DNA of 64,000 nucleotides from Orbicella franksi (Eukaryota): NCBI GenBank assembly GCA_964199315.1, contig OZ116705.1, positions 5,456,001 to 5,520,000 of the forward strand, read 5' to 3'. Shown piece by piece: positions 42,605 to 54,667 of this stretch (position 1 is its first letter; each line of letters starts with the position of its first letter). The notes under the pieces were generated by a model. It saw only the letters and a program-made list of their open reading frames with translations, ran no database searches and was not told where the DNA came from. The position numbers and the translations under genes were made by a program.

Positions 42605-45285
42605 GTTATTGTGATTGTTATTGTGATTAAAGATTATTTTCAATCCGTACTGCACACTCTCGAGAGTTTGTTTACGTTTTTTGTGTTGGTTCATGTAAGA
42701 CATCATAAAATGTAACATTTTGCGTCTAATTACGTGAAGTAAATTTAAAGTTTCATGTCAACCGCCATTATGGATGTGAAGCTTTATGTTTTGCTCTGTC
42801 TCGTATCACTTGATGAATGAACTTCGCAGCCATAAAAATCAATGAAACGGTTGGAAAAAGAATTTGAAAGGCTTCAAAGATAAGGTATGTGGTTTGCAAC
42901 AAATAATGTTGATTTGCATTCCATCAAGTGAGACATAATGCTTACAAACATTAGGGTGCTGAGACTGCGCAGTACGGACTGGAAATCATTTTTTAATATT
43001 TGTACTGGTAATAGTCATTGGTAATGCACACCGTCTTGGTAATCTGTGCCTACATTAATCGTTTGGGTTGGGGAGCGGGGGGAGGTCAGCGGACTCCCAC
43101 ATGAAAAAGGACGAGGGTTCTCGTTGGAAATTTTGGAAAGATCTCTAAGAAGTCCCAAGATCCTGCTTTGAATGCTTTGTGGGTGTGGCTTGAAATTGTT
43201 TTCAACCCTAAGAGGTACCAATTCTAAAACAACACATTATACCCTGTAATATTTTTTTTTGCGTAATGCCTAACATGCACTGCAAAAGCTCCTGCTGTGG
43301 ACCTTTTGAGGCTGAAGACCCTAAGAGATATGAAATCCACTTTTTTAATCCCTTAAAGGTATGACAAGCACCCCCATATATGGGAGTTCCCCCCAGGGTT
43401 TGGGCTGATAGAAAAATATATTTTGGCAGAGACGGGATAGCCTTCCGTTCCCCCTGCCTCTAAACCCTTAATCTCACACTGAGTGATATGCATGCAGGTA
43501 TCAAATAATGTCATGACTACAAGACAGCATCCTACAAGCTAAAATATTTATATGTATGTGATAAATTTGTACTGATGACCATGTTCTAATTAATTTAGGT
43601 TTAGATATCTCAAGAGGTAGTCCTTTCATAACCATGGAAATAATGACATGAAATGTGAGGCACTTTGAATAGAAAAGAGTATTTTTTAATTTTGTTTCCC
43701 ATTATTTGTTTTGTTGCCACCCTGAATTAATGGGTTGACTGCATGTATTCATGGGGTTTCCTTATAAAAATTGTATGGGCATTTTTCTGGGACAAAAAAG
43801 TGGCCGTAACAACGAGGTGACTGTGTTAAAGAGGTGGCCATAAAGGGAATTTCTACTTTATTGTCAAAAATGATTTTCGAAATTAAATATTATATACACA
43901 CTATTTCAGCCTACTTAGTTAATGTTAGCTGGGTACTACGAGGAAGATACACAAGATAAAGATGATATTAATATTTAATATCATAATTTACCATTTTTTA
44001 CGCTGAACCAGGATTTATTTTTCCTGAGAATTGGACACCAATGCCACACCCTAACACAACTGTGCACACAGTACAGCTCTCCTCAGACTCCTCAGAGTAT
44101 CAAGATGTCATGGACAAGTTGCAAGCCACTGCAAGTGCACTAAATGTCCAGAAAATTGAACGAATACAAAATCCTCATCTGTATCAGACTTACATGTTGA
44201 AAAAATTGAAAATGAGCCAAGACAATGGAGGAGTTGAGGGTGAACGACAACTCTTCCATGGAACCAGAGGAGAAAATATCAGCCGTATCAATGCACAAGG
44301 TTTTAACCGGAGCTTCTGTAGACTCCATGGTGAGTTGCAGGGAATTAGTATTTAGCACGACCAATAGCAAGAATGTCCATTTAAATTCTGATAATAATGT
44401 GTAGAGGTATATTTCAGCGTATATTCCCCTTTGTGTGAGACAGGCCTTCAAAATAACAGTTATTTGTACTTGCCTCTCCCAAAACATATTAAGCTTGTTA
44501 CGTTTGACCAATTTACTTTACATTATACTGCTGACTATTTTAAGTTACATATGACTAATTTTATTGTGTTTTGTTTTACCCTATATCCTTTTATCTTGTT
44601 ATATATTTCACTGAAAGACCCAGAGGACATGAAATAAATTAACTTATGTATGATCCAAAAGACATGGTGGCATTGATACAAACCTTAAAATGGTGGCCAG
44701 TCCAGTTTTCTTAAAACTGGGTGCAGGCCCAGTGGCCTCATGGTTTGTGTGCTCTACTCTGGATCCGGTGCTCCAGATTTGGCTGGAGACATTGTGTTGA
44801 CGTTCCTGGGTATAATGCCACTTTACTGATGAGCCACTGGCTCGTATGTAGACGTAACCTTTCTTAGAAATTACATGGGGGTAAAAAAGTGAGTTTCACA
44901 GACGAGGTTATGGTATCAAATTGCTGTTGGAGCCAGCTCTTTAGCTTTTAAAGCAGTACAGATGTTTTTCTAAAGTTTGTAAGTTATTGTCTGGATTACT
45001 TTTGCAGGTGGAATTCTTGGACGTGGTGTGTATTTTGCAAAAGATGCTTCTTATTCAGTTCGATTTGCAGGGGTTCCAGGTGGAAATCGCTACATGTACC
45101 TCGCGCGGGTCCTGGTTGGTCAGTATTGCGATGGAGACTTTGATTTGATTGTACCTCCACCAAAAGATCCTTCCAGGCCAGAAGTGCTGTACGACTCTGT
45201 TGTAGATCAGTGTGAAAGTCCTAATATCTTTGTTGTTTTCTTTGATAATCAGTGCTACCCAGAATACCTTATAACCTTTCAGTGA
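42340..45285 (+). CDS. PARP gene D: WWE + mono-ADP-ribosyltransferase, ~286 aa
   Basis: Exons 42340-42604, 44012-44329, 45008-45285; phase 1-1; sum 861 nt in frame; in-frame TAA at 42298 upstream of the ATG; first donor (GTTATT) is weak. Confidence 0.8.
43090..43394. mobile_element. MITE, GGGACTCCCATAT-type family
   Basis: GGACTCCCACATGAAAAAGGACG / ATATGGGAGTTCCCCCC. Confidence 0.7.
44012..44329 (+). CDS. Gene D exon: PARP catalytic domain, N-terminal half
   Basis: FPENWTPMP...IERIQNPHLY...LFHGT...GFNRSF; donor CATG|GTGAGT. Confidence 0.95.
44725..44860 (+). mobile_element. Internally deleted tRNA-headed SINE fragment
   Basis: A-box-like GTGGCCTCATGG head; tail GCCACTGGCTCGTATGTAGAC matches the SINE tail at 54630-54667. 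Confidence 0.55.
45008..45285 (+). CDS. Gene D last exon: PARP catalytic domain, C-terminal half
   Basis: GGILGRGVYFAKDASYS...PNIFVVFFDNQCYPEYLITFQ*. Confidence 0.95.
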
Positions 45286-47007
45286 TCTCATTCAACTAGT
45301 CTTGATACAAAAGCGGCTCCTGGAAATAAATTGCACGGCACACATGCAGTTTTGCAAGGCACGCGAGGACACCACGAGTCACGCGAGGTATCCACGAGTC
45401 GTACGTGGAGAGAGCTCAAGCATCTTTGAACACCTTCCAGTTATACTACACGGTTCAGATTCGTTTAATGTATACCCAAATTTGTCTAAATGAATTTCTG
45501 ATATTTATTCTTCACTTCACCCTGCCTTAGATTATTATTTTTGCTTTTTGTGGGTTAAGCGGATATTAGCTAAGTAAACTCTGAATGTAAAAATATTTAA
45601 TTAACGTGCAACTTGTAACTTTTATTAAAATTTGTTGTTTTATGATACAGATACAAAATGTTCTGTTGTTCTCTCCTGTAGACAACAGGCAACTGAAAGC
45701 CCTGACCCCACTCCCTCAAAAAGAATAATTGTCCGTCCCTAAAAGTCTCACATCACAGCCCTAATTGGTTTTGCATTTCCCTCGCTAGAAGCCGCCCACC
45801 AAAACTCTTAGGAGTGCGGCGTCTGGGGACGAGGAAGGGATTTTTTTAAAATTAAACCTTCATCAACTAAATAAATCCTGGCACAGTAAATGCCAACTTC
45901 AGTGTTACGAGAAAAAGCCCTGGATGCAAGTGCTCTCTCGGCTCCTTGTGACAAAAACTTTTTCATCTGGGTTCTGTCAATTCTAGCAGAAGGTAGCCAT
46001 TTACGTAGACGCTTTCACTCGGCGATGAGGGGGAGGGTCTCGCAGAGGTTTTGGAGAACAACGGGAACATGACGATATTTCAAGGGAGCAAGGGTATTTT
46101 CAAGGGTATTTTTGGGATTAACTTTAGGCAGATCATATTCTCTTGCTGTGGGGAACAAGAGATATCTGATCTCTACTATTAAAGGGAACTTTGAGAAAAC
46201 GTTTAGGCAACAATGGACTTTAATATTAGGGAACAAGGGAGAAGAAGTTAAGTTTTTAAGGGATCAAGTGAACATGGATACCCCCCCCCCCGGGAACGAC
46301 GAACGTATCACTTCCTGTTTCTCCAAAAACACCAATAGACCTTTCTACCCATGTCAGGCAATGTAACCAATTTTTTGTATTTTTGATGCTGAACAAAGGA
46401 AAAAAACCTGCATAGGTCAGTGTATCATGTCGAATTTAGTAAATGGGCGAAGTTTCATAGCAATCCGTCGCAAAGCAATGAAAATATGGGACTCCAAACT
46501 TGCCAATTTTTACGAGAAAAGAAAAAAATTGGCCAAGTTTGACTTCCTATACTTTTATGAGTTTGCAACCCATTCTTATGAAACCTCGCATATTCATCGA
46601 ATTCGGCATAATAAATCGAGCGGTGAGGCTTATATTTTATTTGAATGAAAAAAGAGGGAAATGCGTGACGTCGGTTAATATGTCCATAATGGATAACTTA
46701 CAAGGAATTGAAAAAAATGATACTTAAAACAGCACTACAGGGACGTACATGTAGCAAATATAAGTTTACTCAGAATTTCTTGCTCAAATCAAATAACATC
46801 AAATCTGTATTCACATTATATTCACATATTGTTTCCTGCATTCACACAACAGAAAACAAACTGTAGGTTAAAACTAAGCAATGTATTAGTTTAAAATACG
46901 CGCACAGCAGCCAAATTAAGTGGCAGAGCTTTCAGGTTGGTTGCTGTCTATTCACACATAAGGAAAGGAAAACAAAACGTTCGACAGTTAAACAATTTGA
47001 CAATTTG

Positions 47008-47335
47008 TCCTACACAGATTCATTTTAAGAAAAGTTTAAATCTCCTTGTAGCATTGCTAGATTTTCATTTGGAGAATTTAATTTCCTACAGAATCAATCA
47101 CCAAATTTAAACATTAAATTTTCATTTTCTTTCATAACATTAGAAAAATCCTAATAAAACCCCTAAAATTTTACGAGTCTACACAGATTCTTTTTAAGAA
47201 ATGTTTAAAATTTCCTTGTAGCACTGCTAAATTTTCATTTGGACAATTAAATTTTCTACAGAATCAATCACCATTTCTTTTTCTTTTCTTACATTAGAAA
47301 AGTCCTAGACAACCTTACAAGTTTGAGTCTACACA
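47008..47335 (+). repeat. Two-copy ~169-bp tandem duplication
   Basis: CTACACAGATTC...CTACAGAATCAATCACCA repeated. Confidence 0.8.
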
Positions 47336-47928
47336 CTACATTCTCATAATAACTGAGAAAAGCGTGATAATTGAGGATTCAAAGGCTGAAACGCACGAAA
47401 ATGTGGTTTCCGATTGCTAAACATTTGATCATTCGTCAAATAATTTTGTTTCCTCTCGATCTCTCAAGAAAAACCACGCGAGAAATAATTGCGATGAGCA
47501 TTATTTTGCCAACAAGTGAAAAATTAACTAAACAATGTTTAGACCCTGTTTATAATACAAAAGAAGACAAGCAAAGACAATCCTATAATAACGACTTAAT
47601 GACTCAAGCAGGGATAGATTTAGTGGGGTGGTGAGATGAATTGAGTGGCTAGCCACCCTCCGTTTGGGGAAGAAAAAACTTTAAAAAAAAGAGATTATGG
47701 AAGAAATAAGGCATAAACTCTGGACAGATACCTCATTATAATTACAAGTAATTTTTTTAGCTGAAATATTTGTCGCATTGCTATCTCTGGTGCAACAGTT
47801 TTCAGTTATTTGAATCTGACAATCTCAAGGTACCACCAAATACCCCCGCTCCCACCCCCCGTCCTCGAAAAATCCTGAATCTGCCCCTGCCAAGCAAGGG
47901 CAGGGGTCGTCATTGATGTTAAAGCTGG

Positions 47929-48458
47929 TCACACATCTTTCCTTTTGTCTGGTACTACTCTACGTTTCCGTCTGTTCACTTGGACTTGTCCGTTGTCTGT
48001 AACGAGAGCGTAATCTTTCCACACAAAATACATCACGGAATACTCGTCTTTTTCAACAGCTGCGACCTGCTGTTTGGAATACAGCAAGCAGTTTTTGGAG
48101 GTCTTACTGTGACACCAGCTTCCTGCATCACGGTGACAGAAGACAAAGGCTGCACAGAAGGCGTCTTGGGAACAAGACACATTGCACACCGTAATGTTAC
48201 CAGCTATCTTGGAGCGACGTGGTTGCTGATCTGTCTTGACCTTCAGGTCATCAAAAACAAGAGTGTCCTTTTCTCGTTGTAATCGTGGCAAGAAAACGAC
48301 TATTTTGGACGTCGATTTGTCCTCGACCGATCTCGGTTTTGTGTCCAGGAGTTTACAGCCTCTGGTGTCCGTGGAGTACTGCACTGCAAGACAGGTGTCC
48401 TCCAGAAGACAACTTGCTCGACATCCTGCTTCGTCTACGTTTGTCAAATACCTGTAGC
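47929..48458 (-). CDS. MACPF gene last exon: two PAN/apple-like domains
   Basis: GCRASCLLEDTCLAVQY...GCKLL and VCNVSCSQDAFCAAFVF...NCLLYS. Confidence 0.8.
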
Positions 48459-48985
48459 CTGAAAAAAATAAAACGAAGAGAATCTTGGTTAACACAAAAA
48501 AAGATGACACAATACTATATGTCTTGGAAACTCTTAGGCTTCTCAATGCCTAAAAATCGTCAGAACTAACGTATAATCAACTCGTTTTACTAACCATTTA
48601 AGTGAAACAAATGGAAGAGAATTGGAAGAGTGAGATGCTTTCGTGTACGGTACATGTAGGGCGTCTCGCTTAAGCCTCGTGTATTAGTTGTTTTTGAATA
48701 TTTGGGCTCGTCCTGAGAAAAGTTGCAAGATACAGGTAAGCAGATTCTCCTCTCCTACTCCTCCCTCAAAATGAGTTTTACCATCTCCACTTTACAATCT
48801 GGGGTCGACTTTAGACTCAATGTTTTCATCATTCGTTGTTATTTACTGCAGAGATTAAACATTTATTGGACGAGACTGAGCAAAATATCGTGATTAGTCA
48901 GGAATGGTAAGCAAATCAATTATAATTTGCCGAAGCCGAAGGCTCAGGCAAATAATCGATCCGCGAAACACTGAAAACTCACGAC

Positions 48986-49017
<32 letters not shown>

Positions 49018-50645
49018 ATAATTCGATTACCAAGTTTGCTTTCAGATTTACATCATTTAGACGGTATTGCGCATGAGCAGACCATTATTTGTAGACAGTT
49101 ATCTGCGGGTCAAGTGGTGCGATCTTGGCCAATGATAGGAGGGGGAAAATGGATCAAATAATAACACTACAAAACCTAGTGATAATATTTACCAAATGAT
49201 GATACGTCGACGCCTTGAAGAGTTGTCCCCAGATTAATGCTATCATCACATGAATCTATCTCTCCCTTTCCTCTCAAAATCCGACAATAATTCCTTGAAG
49301 TGTTAATCAGTTTCTCTCGCATGGCGTTCAGATCAATCCCAGGAAGATACTCGGCGTACCCTTCAGTGAAAAGGTCATAGACGGGTGATAGAGAGTACTT
49401 TGTTGGAACTGGGTTTTCCTGAACGGATGAAGCCCAAGTCATAGCATCACCATTACTAGGAGGAGCTGCTCCCACAGTTATAGTGCTGGTTTCCACGGAC
49501 TTTTGAAAGTTGGAAGCGGCGGATCTCTGCTCTGAATCCAATGAAAAGCCTCCTCCAACACTGAACATACCAGAATAGCTGGCTTGTGCCTCTACACTTA
49601 CTGACTTCTCTCTCAGCTCTTTATATTTCGTTTGGCTGACTCTATGCTGTTTCATGAATCGTGCTCCAAAAGTCACTTCTGACACGTAATGAGTTCCAAA
49701 GTATTCTATGAACTGAACGAGGTCGTCTTGACCAGCATCAGAGGAAGCCAGTTTCTTCGCCCAGGTCACAAACCCTGGATGAAATGGCGGCGGATCAGTG
49801 GCATCAAGTTTGCTAAAGTAATAACGACACTGCGCCTGTGAAATTATGTACAGGAACTCCCCTGACGACATCTGGGCAACGGATTCTTTGTAGCTTGCGC
49901 TGGCGGAAAACTTGAAGCCCCATCCCCCTCCTGTGGAAAATCATTTCATATTAGTATCAGTTTTTAAGGTTTTGATTGATTGTGTGTAAGTTAAAAGTAG
50001 AACGTTAATGTCGCATTTAAAAAGATCGACAACTTCATTGACTTCTTCATTCTGGATCAATAGAAGACCATCTCTTGTTCTAGAAGTAACATGATTTTGT
50101 TTACGCTTCTCTATGACGGTTGTCAAGATTCAAAATTACTCGGTTTTTGTCCAAAAAAGGTTCCAAGATTAATGTGGGCGCAGTTAGACAGTTAGACGTA
50201 TTTCCGGCTGTCGCTTTGTCGCTTGTCGCTGTCGCTTCGGCGGAGCCAAGCGACAGGGGGAAATACGTCTGCGTTCGCGGGCTAGACTTGGCTTGTCCCG
50301 GCAGGCTGCATTTACTTGGAGACGTACCTTCAACGTTAGCTGATGCGGAAAGAGACGAGGACATCTCCACTTTGTTTCGAATCACTTTGGAGGAAAACGA
50401 GGTTACACACGACACATCAGGTACGACAATCAGCCCCTCGGGAACACTGTAGCGACAGTCAGATGTCTGCTTGCTGGATGAATACTTTGACAGAAAGATT
50501 GGGTGAGTGAAGCCAGGATCATGTCCTGATGCCAGTGGATATCCTTTTAAGACGTCGTACCCAAAGAACGCATAATCAAGATCTGGAAATGATCGTTTCC
50601 AGTGAGCTTCTTGGCATTCTTGAAGCCGAGAGTCTAAGCGCACTC
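47929..50645 (-). CDS. MACPF (perforin-like) protein with two C-terminal PAN/apple domains; 5' exons unresolved
   Basis: Exons 50645-50328, 49930-49193, 48458-47929; GT-AG, phase 1, frame-compatible; MACPF signature FIEYFGTHYV...FGARF; FGYDVLKGYP; two CxxxC-x5-C...CxL modules. Confidence 0.85.
49193..49930 (-). CDS. MACPF gene exon: MACPF core
   Basis: ORF 49176-49871; YFGTHY motif; PVPTKYSLSPV; acceptor TTTTCCACAG, donor TTTG|GTAAAT. Confidence 0.9.
50185..50284. mobile_element. Short palindromic MITE (AGACGTATTTCCGG family)
   Basis: AGACGTATTTCCGGCTGTCGCTT / AAGCGACAGGGGGAAATACGTCT. Confidence 0.7.
50328..50645 (-). CDS. MACPF gene exon: N-terminal part of MACPF
   Basis: FPDLDYAFFGYDVLKGYP...DPGFTHPIF; donor GAAG|GTACGT. 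Confidence 0.88.
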
Positions 50646-50945
50646 CTGATGGTAAAATGATAGTGGTGTAAGTGTATGATAGCAGAAAAAAATTGAAAAT
50701 TAAAAATTAAAGTTCACTTTAACTTTAGGAAGATGAAAAGGACGCTGCAGATTTGATATAAGACAGAGGTGCAAAGCTAAATTAATTGGTAAGTAAACGC
50801 GTAAATGTTTTCTTCCGAACGGTACTAGTGACGATAGAATGAGGGTCAGTGTTACCGAGTTTAAAAAGACAAAAAAAAAAAAAATGATCGGCTTCCATCT
50901 CTATTGAAAGTCGTATGTTGGGATGTCGGCTCACCAATAATAGGG

Positions 50946-52903
50946 CTCAGCTCAGCTCAATGCTCTTTGTGCCCTTGTGCGCATAAGACCATTACCAGAG
51001 ACCGCCACTGCCTCCTGTTTTTTGCCTTCTTCGATCCCAAACCATAAAGGCCCGCCAGCTTCCCCTGTCTTGAAGATCCTCACATTGATCTCGGACCCTG
51101 CATCTCCATCACTGGTCATCTTGGAGCTAAGGTACGAGATATCTTTAACTTCTTGGACTACCTTTCCATGCAGGATGATCGGTGCGTCTGGGCGGTGGTT
51201 AATTCTCGTGTATTCGCTTGCTTGGGTTTCGTCGTTTGACCTTGAGTCCGAGCTTAGCAGTTATGAATTTTAGGTCTGTGGTCTTGGCCTGCATGTGTGT
51301 ACGGCAGTGAACTAGGAGGCAGATGTAATCTGCAAAATCGAGGTCGCTGAACATGTTTGAGAGAGTAATCGGATGCCTCGTTGAACTTTCGCTGCGTTTT
51401 TGATGACCCAGTAGGCACCAAGAGAGAATAGAAACAGGGAGTATATGTGACCCTGCCTCACAGTGGTTTGGATGGAGAAAAGCTCTGTAAACTTGTTTTC
51501 GCAGATGAGCTGAGCATAGCAATACGTGGAAGTACAGCATCCTAACGATATTCATTATCTTAGATGGTATTCGGTAGTTTCTTAAGATGCACTATGACGT
51601 TTCTCTGTGGATTAGTGGAACGCTTTTTCAAAGTCTATAGCGTTGTGCTGTTTCATTCCCTCGCCTGTTCCGAGATCTGACAAAGGGTAAAGATATGGTC
51701 ACTAAAAGATCTCCCTATGCGGAGGTCAACTCGCTCTTTAAGAATGGTGTTCTCCAGGGCGGAGGTTATGCGTTGTTGTATGATCTAACTGAATACGTTG
51801 CTTGTTTTATGTGAGAATCGAGAGTGTTGCCCCTCCATTTGTTACAATCAAATAAGTCCCCCTGTTTCGCAAGCTTCACGATCAAGCCAGTCTATCGCGG
51901 GAAATCCAGATTTCGTGGAAAATCTTCTATAAATTCAATGCTCATGCCGTATGCTCCAGGCGCTTTGTCTTTCTCATCTCTATGATGGCCATCTTAGTTT
52001 CATGGACTGACGGCGGTTTGGTGTTTATGTCGGTGTCTTCAGTGGCTTCGGGTATCGAAACCGTATTTTCAGGTTTTGGTGGATTGAAGATACTGCGGAA
52101 TTGCTCTTGGCATCTCTTCAGCAGGTCTTCTGCTCGAGATAAAACTTTGCCCTTTCCATCCTTGACAGACATGTTTCCACTGCTGTATAAAACCCTGAGC
52201 GTCTTCCTGACGATATACAGTGTCCTCAGGTCTTGCCCTGCTTCAGCCTCTTCTGCCTTTTCAGCTAGGTTCTCGATTTATTCCTTCTTGTCCCATTTGA
52301 CCATCGTCTTCACTTCCTTGTCCAGGTTCGGTATATTTTTCTGTAGCGCTCTTTCACTCTCTCGCTCCCTTAGCATCTCCTGTGGGTACGTAGCACGTGA
52401 CAGTAGTGTATTTAAATTTAAATCTAGCCATGACGAGTCTTTTTCCGGGTGGCTTCCATTCCTTCAACATTCCTGATCCTGTCCATCTCGCTTCCTTATC
52501 CTGATCCTGTCCATTCTGTATCTCTGCATCTCGGTTACGAGTTGCGCCACCCTGCCGGCCTGATGCCTGGTGCGTACATTCCAGGAGCCAACTCCCATCT
52601 TCTTCTTTAGCCAACACCAGTCATTGATCCAATTACCTGGATAGCGTCGTTTCTTCTGGTGCATCTTTGGTTTCTGGTGTAGGCTTCTTTTAGTCTTTTT
52701 TCGGGGTAGGGTTGTCAGCCTTACGGCCAACCCCCAACCTGGAGTGCCAGAGTGTCTTTCGTCTGAATCGTCACCTAGACCTATCCAGCTTGGTTGAGCC
52801 TACTGGAGGGACAAAAGCTCTACCGTGATATAGCTCCAGGGATCTTAAGGGCAGGCAAGCTACCACACCAAAGGCAAGGCCGGTAAGATACCAAGGTGGG
52901 ACT
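50946..52903 (-). mobile_element. Degenerate, internally deleted RTE element (different family) in the MACPF upstream/intron region
   Basis: GSWNVRT...GRVAQLVTEM (APE start), LDKEVKTMVK, DLDFADYICLL (RT); (TGAGC)3 tail; possible 6-bp TSD ATAGGG (50940-50945, 52904-52909). Confidence 0.85.
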
Positions 52904-54476
52904 ATAGGGACTGTGCAATAATTATCAGTAATAATTAACAGTTACGCAGCTATCACGGTCATCATTTTCGTCTTCTTTCTTAAATTTTTTGCGTGGCGAA
53001 TTATAGTTAATTATGCAAGTCCCGCTATAATTACATAAATTCGTTTTGCAAGTGACGAATATATGAGTCACATCGATACATATATGGCAAAATAAAAAAT
53101 ACCACGATCTTTTAAAAAAAATTGCAAGTGATTTATTTGCTGCTTCCTCGACCTTTTCATTGTGCTCATGGCATGAATTATTTTTACTCTGAATTTTCTT
53201 TACTGCTCCTAGATAACGCTGCTTAGTCACTGCGCGAATCAACCTGCATTTAATACATACAATATTTATCATCTGTATCTACATTTGCGTACAGAAAATC
53301 GCTAAAAGAGAGTGATATTGTGGGTGTCAAAATCAAATTAGATGATTTTTCAACGCTTCTTCCTCCCTCTACAGTTTCCCTTTCCCTGTCTTTCAGATGT
53401 CCTAGCCGTTTGAAAACAAAAATAACACCTGACTGCAATTCATCAACGCCGTTTCTCTACATTTTAACGGCGTTAGTTTTAGCTTTGTATTGCGTGCAAT
53501 TCCATCTTTTACGATAAGTTATTATCATCTTGTATATTTTATTTACAATTTATTAGGATTTAGGCTTAGGATTAGGTTTACCGTAGGTCCACATCAGCTC
53601 CTGGTTGCCGGTCTTTCTCTTAACCTGCGTTAAAATTTAAGTATGCATGTATATATGTCTTCTCAACCCCTCCTCTCCCCTCCTCATCTTTCCGGTTTTT
53701 CACCCCCGCCCCTCCCTCTTCTTACCAAAGTTAAGGAAAGGTTTGCCGTCTTGTCCTTGTCCTAGCGGCATTTCAAGGTTCAGAGAAGACTTCTGAGGTG
53801 ATTGTGCCGAAGAACTAGCATACCTATGACCATTAAAATGCAGGACATAAGTACGTATTCAATTTTCCTTACTCCTAAAGCCAGACTACTGCAAGCTTTC
53901 GCAACCATGCAAGCTTCAAAGGACGGCAATAACTTTCGACGTTTTTTCCCCCGACCCATTTGTTAGCGTGAGTTTTCTGGTCCAAGAGACCGCTGAAATA
54001 GGGATGACTTGAAGTTTGTGGTCAGTCAGTCTGCCGTCTATTCCCACAAAATGCATTTACTGCAGCTGAATCAAATCTGCCTTTATAAAGACAGACTATA
54101 TACTGCTTATTCCAGAGTATGGCATTGATCTGTGGTGAGGAGGAGTAGTGAGACAGTGCTGTGCTTAACTTAACATAACTTTAATTCTATTTTATTTCCT
54201 TAAATACAGTTACAAGAATTTCTTGTCCCCGTAACAAGTTCCAGAACTAATCGAAGAGAGAGAGAGGGGTGAGGGAAGGGGGGGAGTTAATATTAAAAAA
54301 GAAAGAAAGAAAACAGGGTACCAAAGGTACAAGTAAACAGTGGAAATAACTACAAGTAACCGGAAGCAAAGAAACAGTGCAATGAATGCATACGTACACA
54401 AACGTGTCGTGCAACTGTCCATTGAATAACAGGTGAATCAAGACACCTTTTTTAGATTAAAAGCTGTAGTCAGATA

Positions 54477-54667
54477 CACAGTGCCTCTCTCCACCCGGGT
54501 GTGTAAACGGGTACCGGCGAATTTAATGCTGGGGGGTAACCTTGCGATGGGCTAGCATCTCATCCAGTGGGGAGTGGAAGTACTCCTAGTCGCTTCATGC
54601 TACTGAAACCGGGATAAGCTCCGGCCTGATTAGCCACTTTGCTCGTATGCAGACTTTACCTTTTACC
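54477..54667 (+). mobile_element. SINE body and tail fragment
   Basis: CACAGTGCCTCTCTCCACCC...GCTCGTATGCAGACTTTACCTTTTACCT; tail shared with 44725-44860. Confidence 0.7.

Noticed and set aside
44725-44800. tRNA gene
   Set aside because: Only an A-box-like head with no complete cloverleaf; it continues into a SINE tail
52680-52910. HDV-like or hammerhead ribozyme in the second RTE 5' UTR
   Set aside because: Partial motifs exist (GCTGAC, GAAA), but I could not close the nested pseudoknot or a CUGANGA core by hand; left for a covariance-model search
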